Origin: Patellaria atrata CBS 101060
Taxonomy: Eukaryota
Reading direction: 5' to 3'
Assembly: GCA_010093705.1 (NCBI GenBank)
Contig: MU006100.1
Coordinates: forward strand, 186,001 to 250,000
Length of the DNA: 64,000 nt
A program made the translations under genes and the position numbers. Shown piece after piece: positions 63,383 to 64,000 of this stretch. A model generated the notes under the pieces. That model saw nothing but the letters and a program-made list of their open reading frames with translations. It did no database searches and was not told the DNA's origin. Every line of letters begins with the position of its first letter. Within the stretch, counting starts at the first letter, position 1.

Positions 63383-64000
63383 TAGATAGGATGGAAGGGC
63401 TTTTCTCCATGGTTGGCTTGAAATTGTACGGAAGTATTTTCGGACGGGATATCTCCATTCTAGCAGCAATTACACATCTCAAGGTATTGTTGCATACTCC
63501 TTTGAGCGACTGTTTGACTACAAACTAGTCCTTAGATGTATGTTTGCTGAATGTTACTATCAAGAACAGCTGCCAGTCATCCCAAGATGATGATTGTCGT
63601 TTACCCTTTGGGCCGCGAGAAACACGTCCCCGAGAGCCCGGATAACCGATGCTGAATCGTCTCACTTGTCAAGAAGGTATCGGAAGCTTGTCGAAGCGAA
63701 CAGAAGAAAGTGAAAGCTTTCGCGCTGACCCCAAGAGCGGTGAAAATCATGACCCGGAGGAAATTCTTCTCAGATACAAGCTCTACAGTTGTTTTCATTT
63801 TCTGCTTCTTTCATCTCCTTGACTACAGTCTTTGTTCTCTTTAAAACCCTCTAGAGTAATTCTTTATAGTTGTGGGTTACTTGTTTTCGGGGGTCAAAGT
63901 GTCACTGGCCACCGAGACTTATCTAGAAGCTTCAGTCAGGTGTCAAGCGAGCACCGCCAGAGTACGTCACCGTAACCCTCACTATAACCTTCAAATCGAC

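Noticed and set aside
63601..64000. Short ORFs at the right edge
   Set aside because: No recognizable homology or consistent frame, and the adjacent sequence is unavailable.

Overview
A gene-dense 64 kb window from a filamentous ascomycete (Pezizomycotina; short GT-AG introns with CTRAC/CTAAY branch points). I can support 22 protein-coding genes plus one pseudogene. In order: a partial proline-rich hypothetical gene running off the left edge, a dual-specificity phosphatase-like gene, the head-to-head myosin-motor chitin synthase pair (class V csmA / class VII csmB), END3, an ABCC/MRP transporter, a GFA/CENP-V protein, a rhodanese, a conserved hypothetical, a GH16 glucanase with an Arg/Thr repeat tail, cullin-1, a cupin, a peroxisomal thiolase, a HET-domain pseudogene, a BTB/POZ protein, palmitoyl-protein thioesterase, a ribosomal-L1-domain protein, a Tos4/Plm2-like FHA protein, an intact HET-domain gene, IDH2, SEC5, a hypothetical, SPC24 and FIS1. 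I found no tRNA, rRNA, CRISPR array or autonomous transposon, and no clear new multi-gene system. The best leads are: a ~232 bp TA-flanked MITE-like element inside an ABC-transporter intron; a GH16 tail carrying 11 Arg-Arg (potential Kex2) sites; a thiolase promoter combining an ORE-like palindrome with FarA/B and CreA motifs; a 34-bp degenerate minisatellite in a RIP-like block; decayed gene relics; and a recurrent C-rich to G-rich skew flip along transcription units. All exon boundaries were read by eye and no database search was run.
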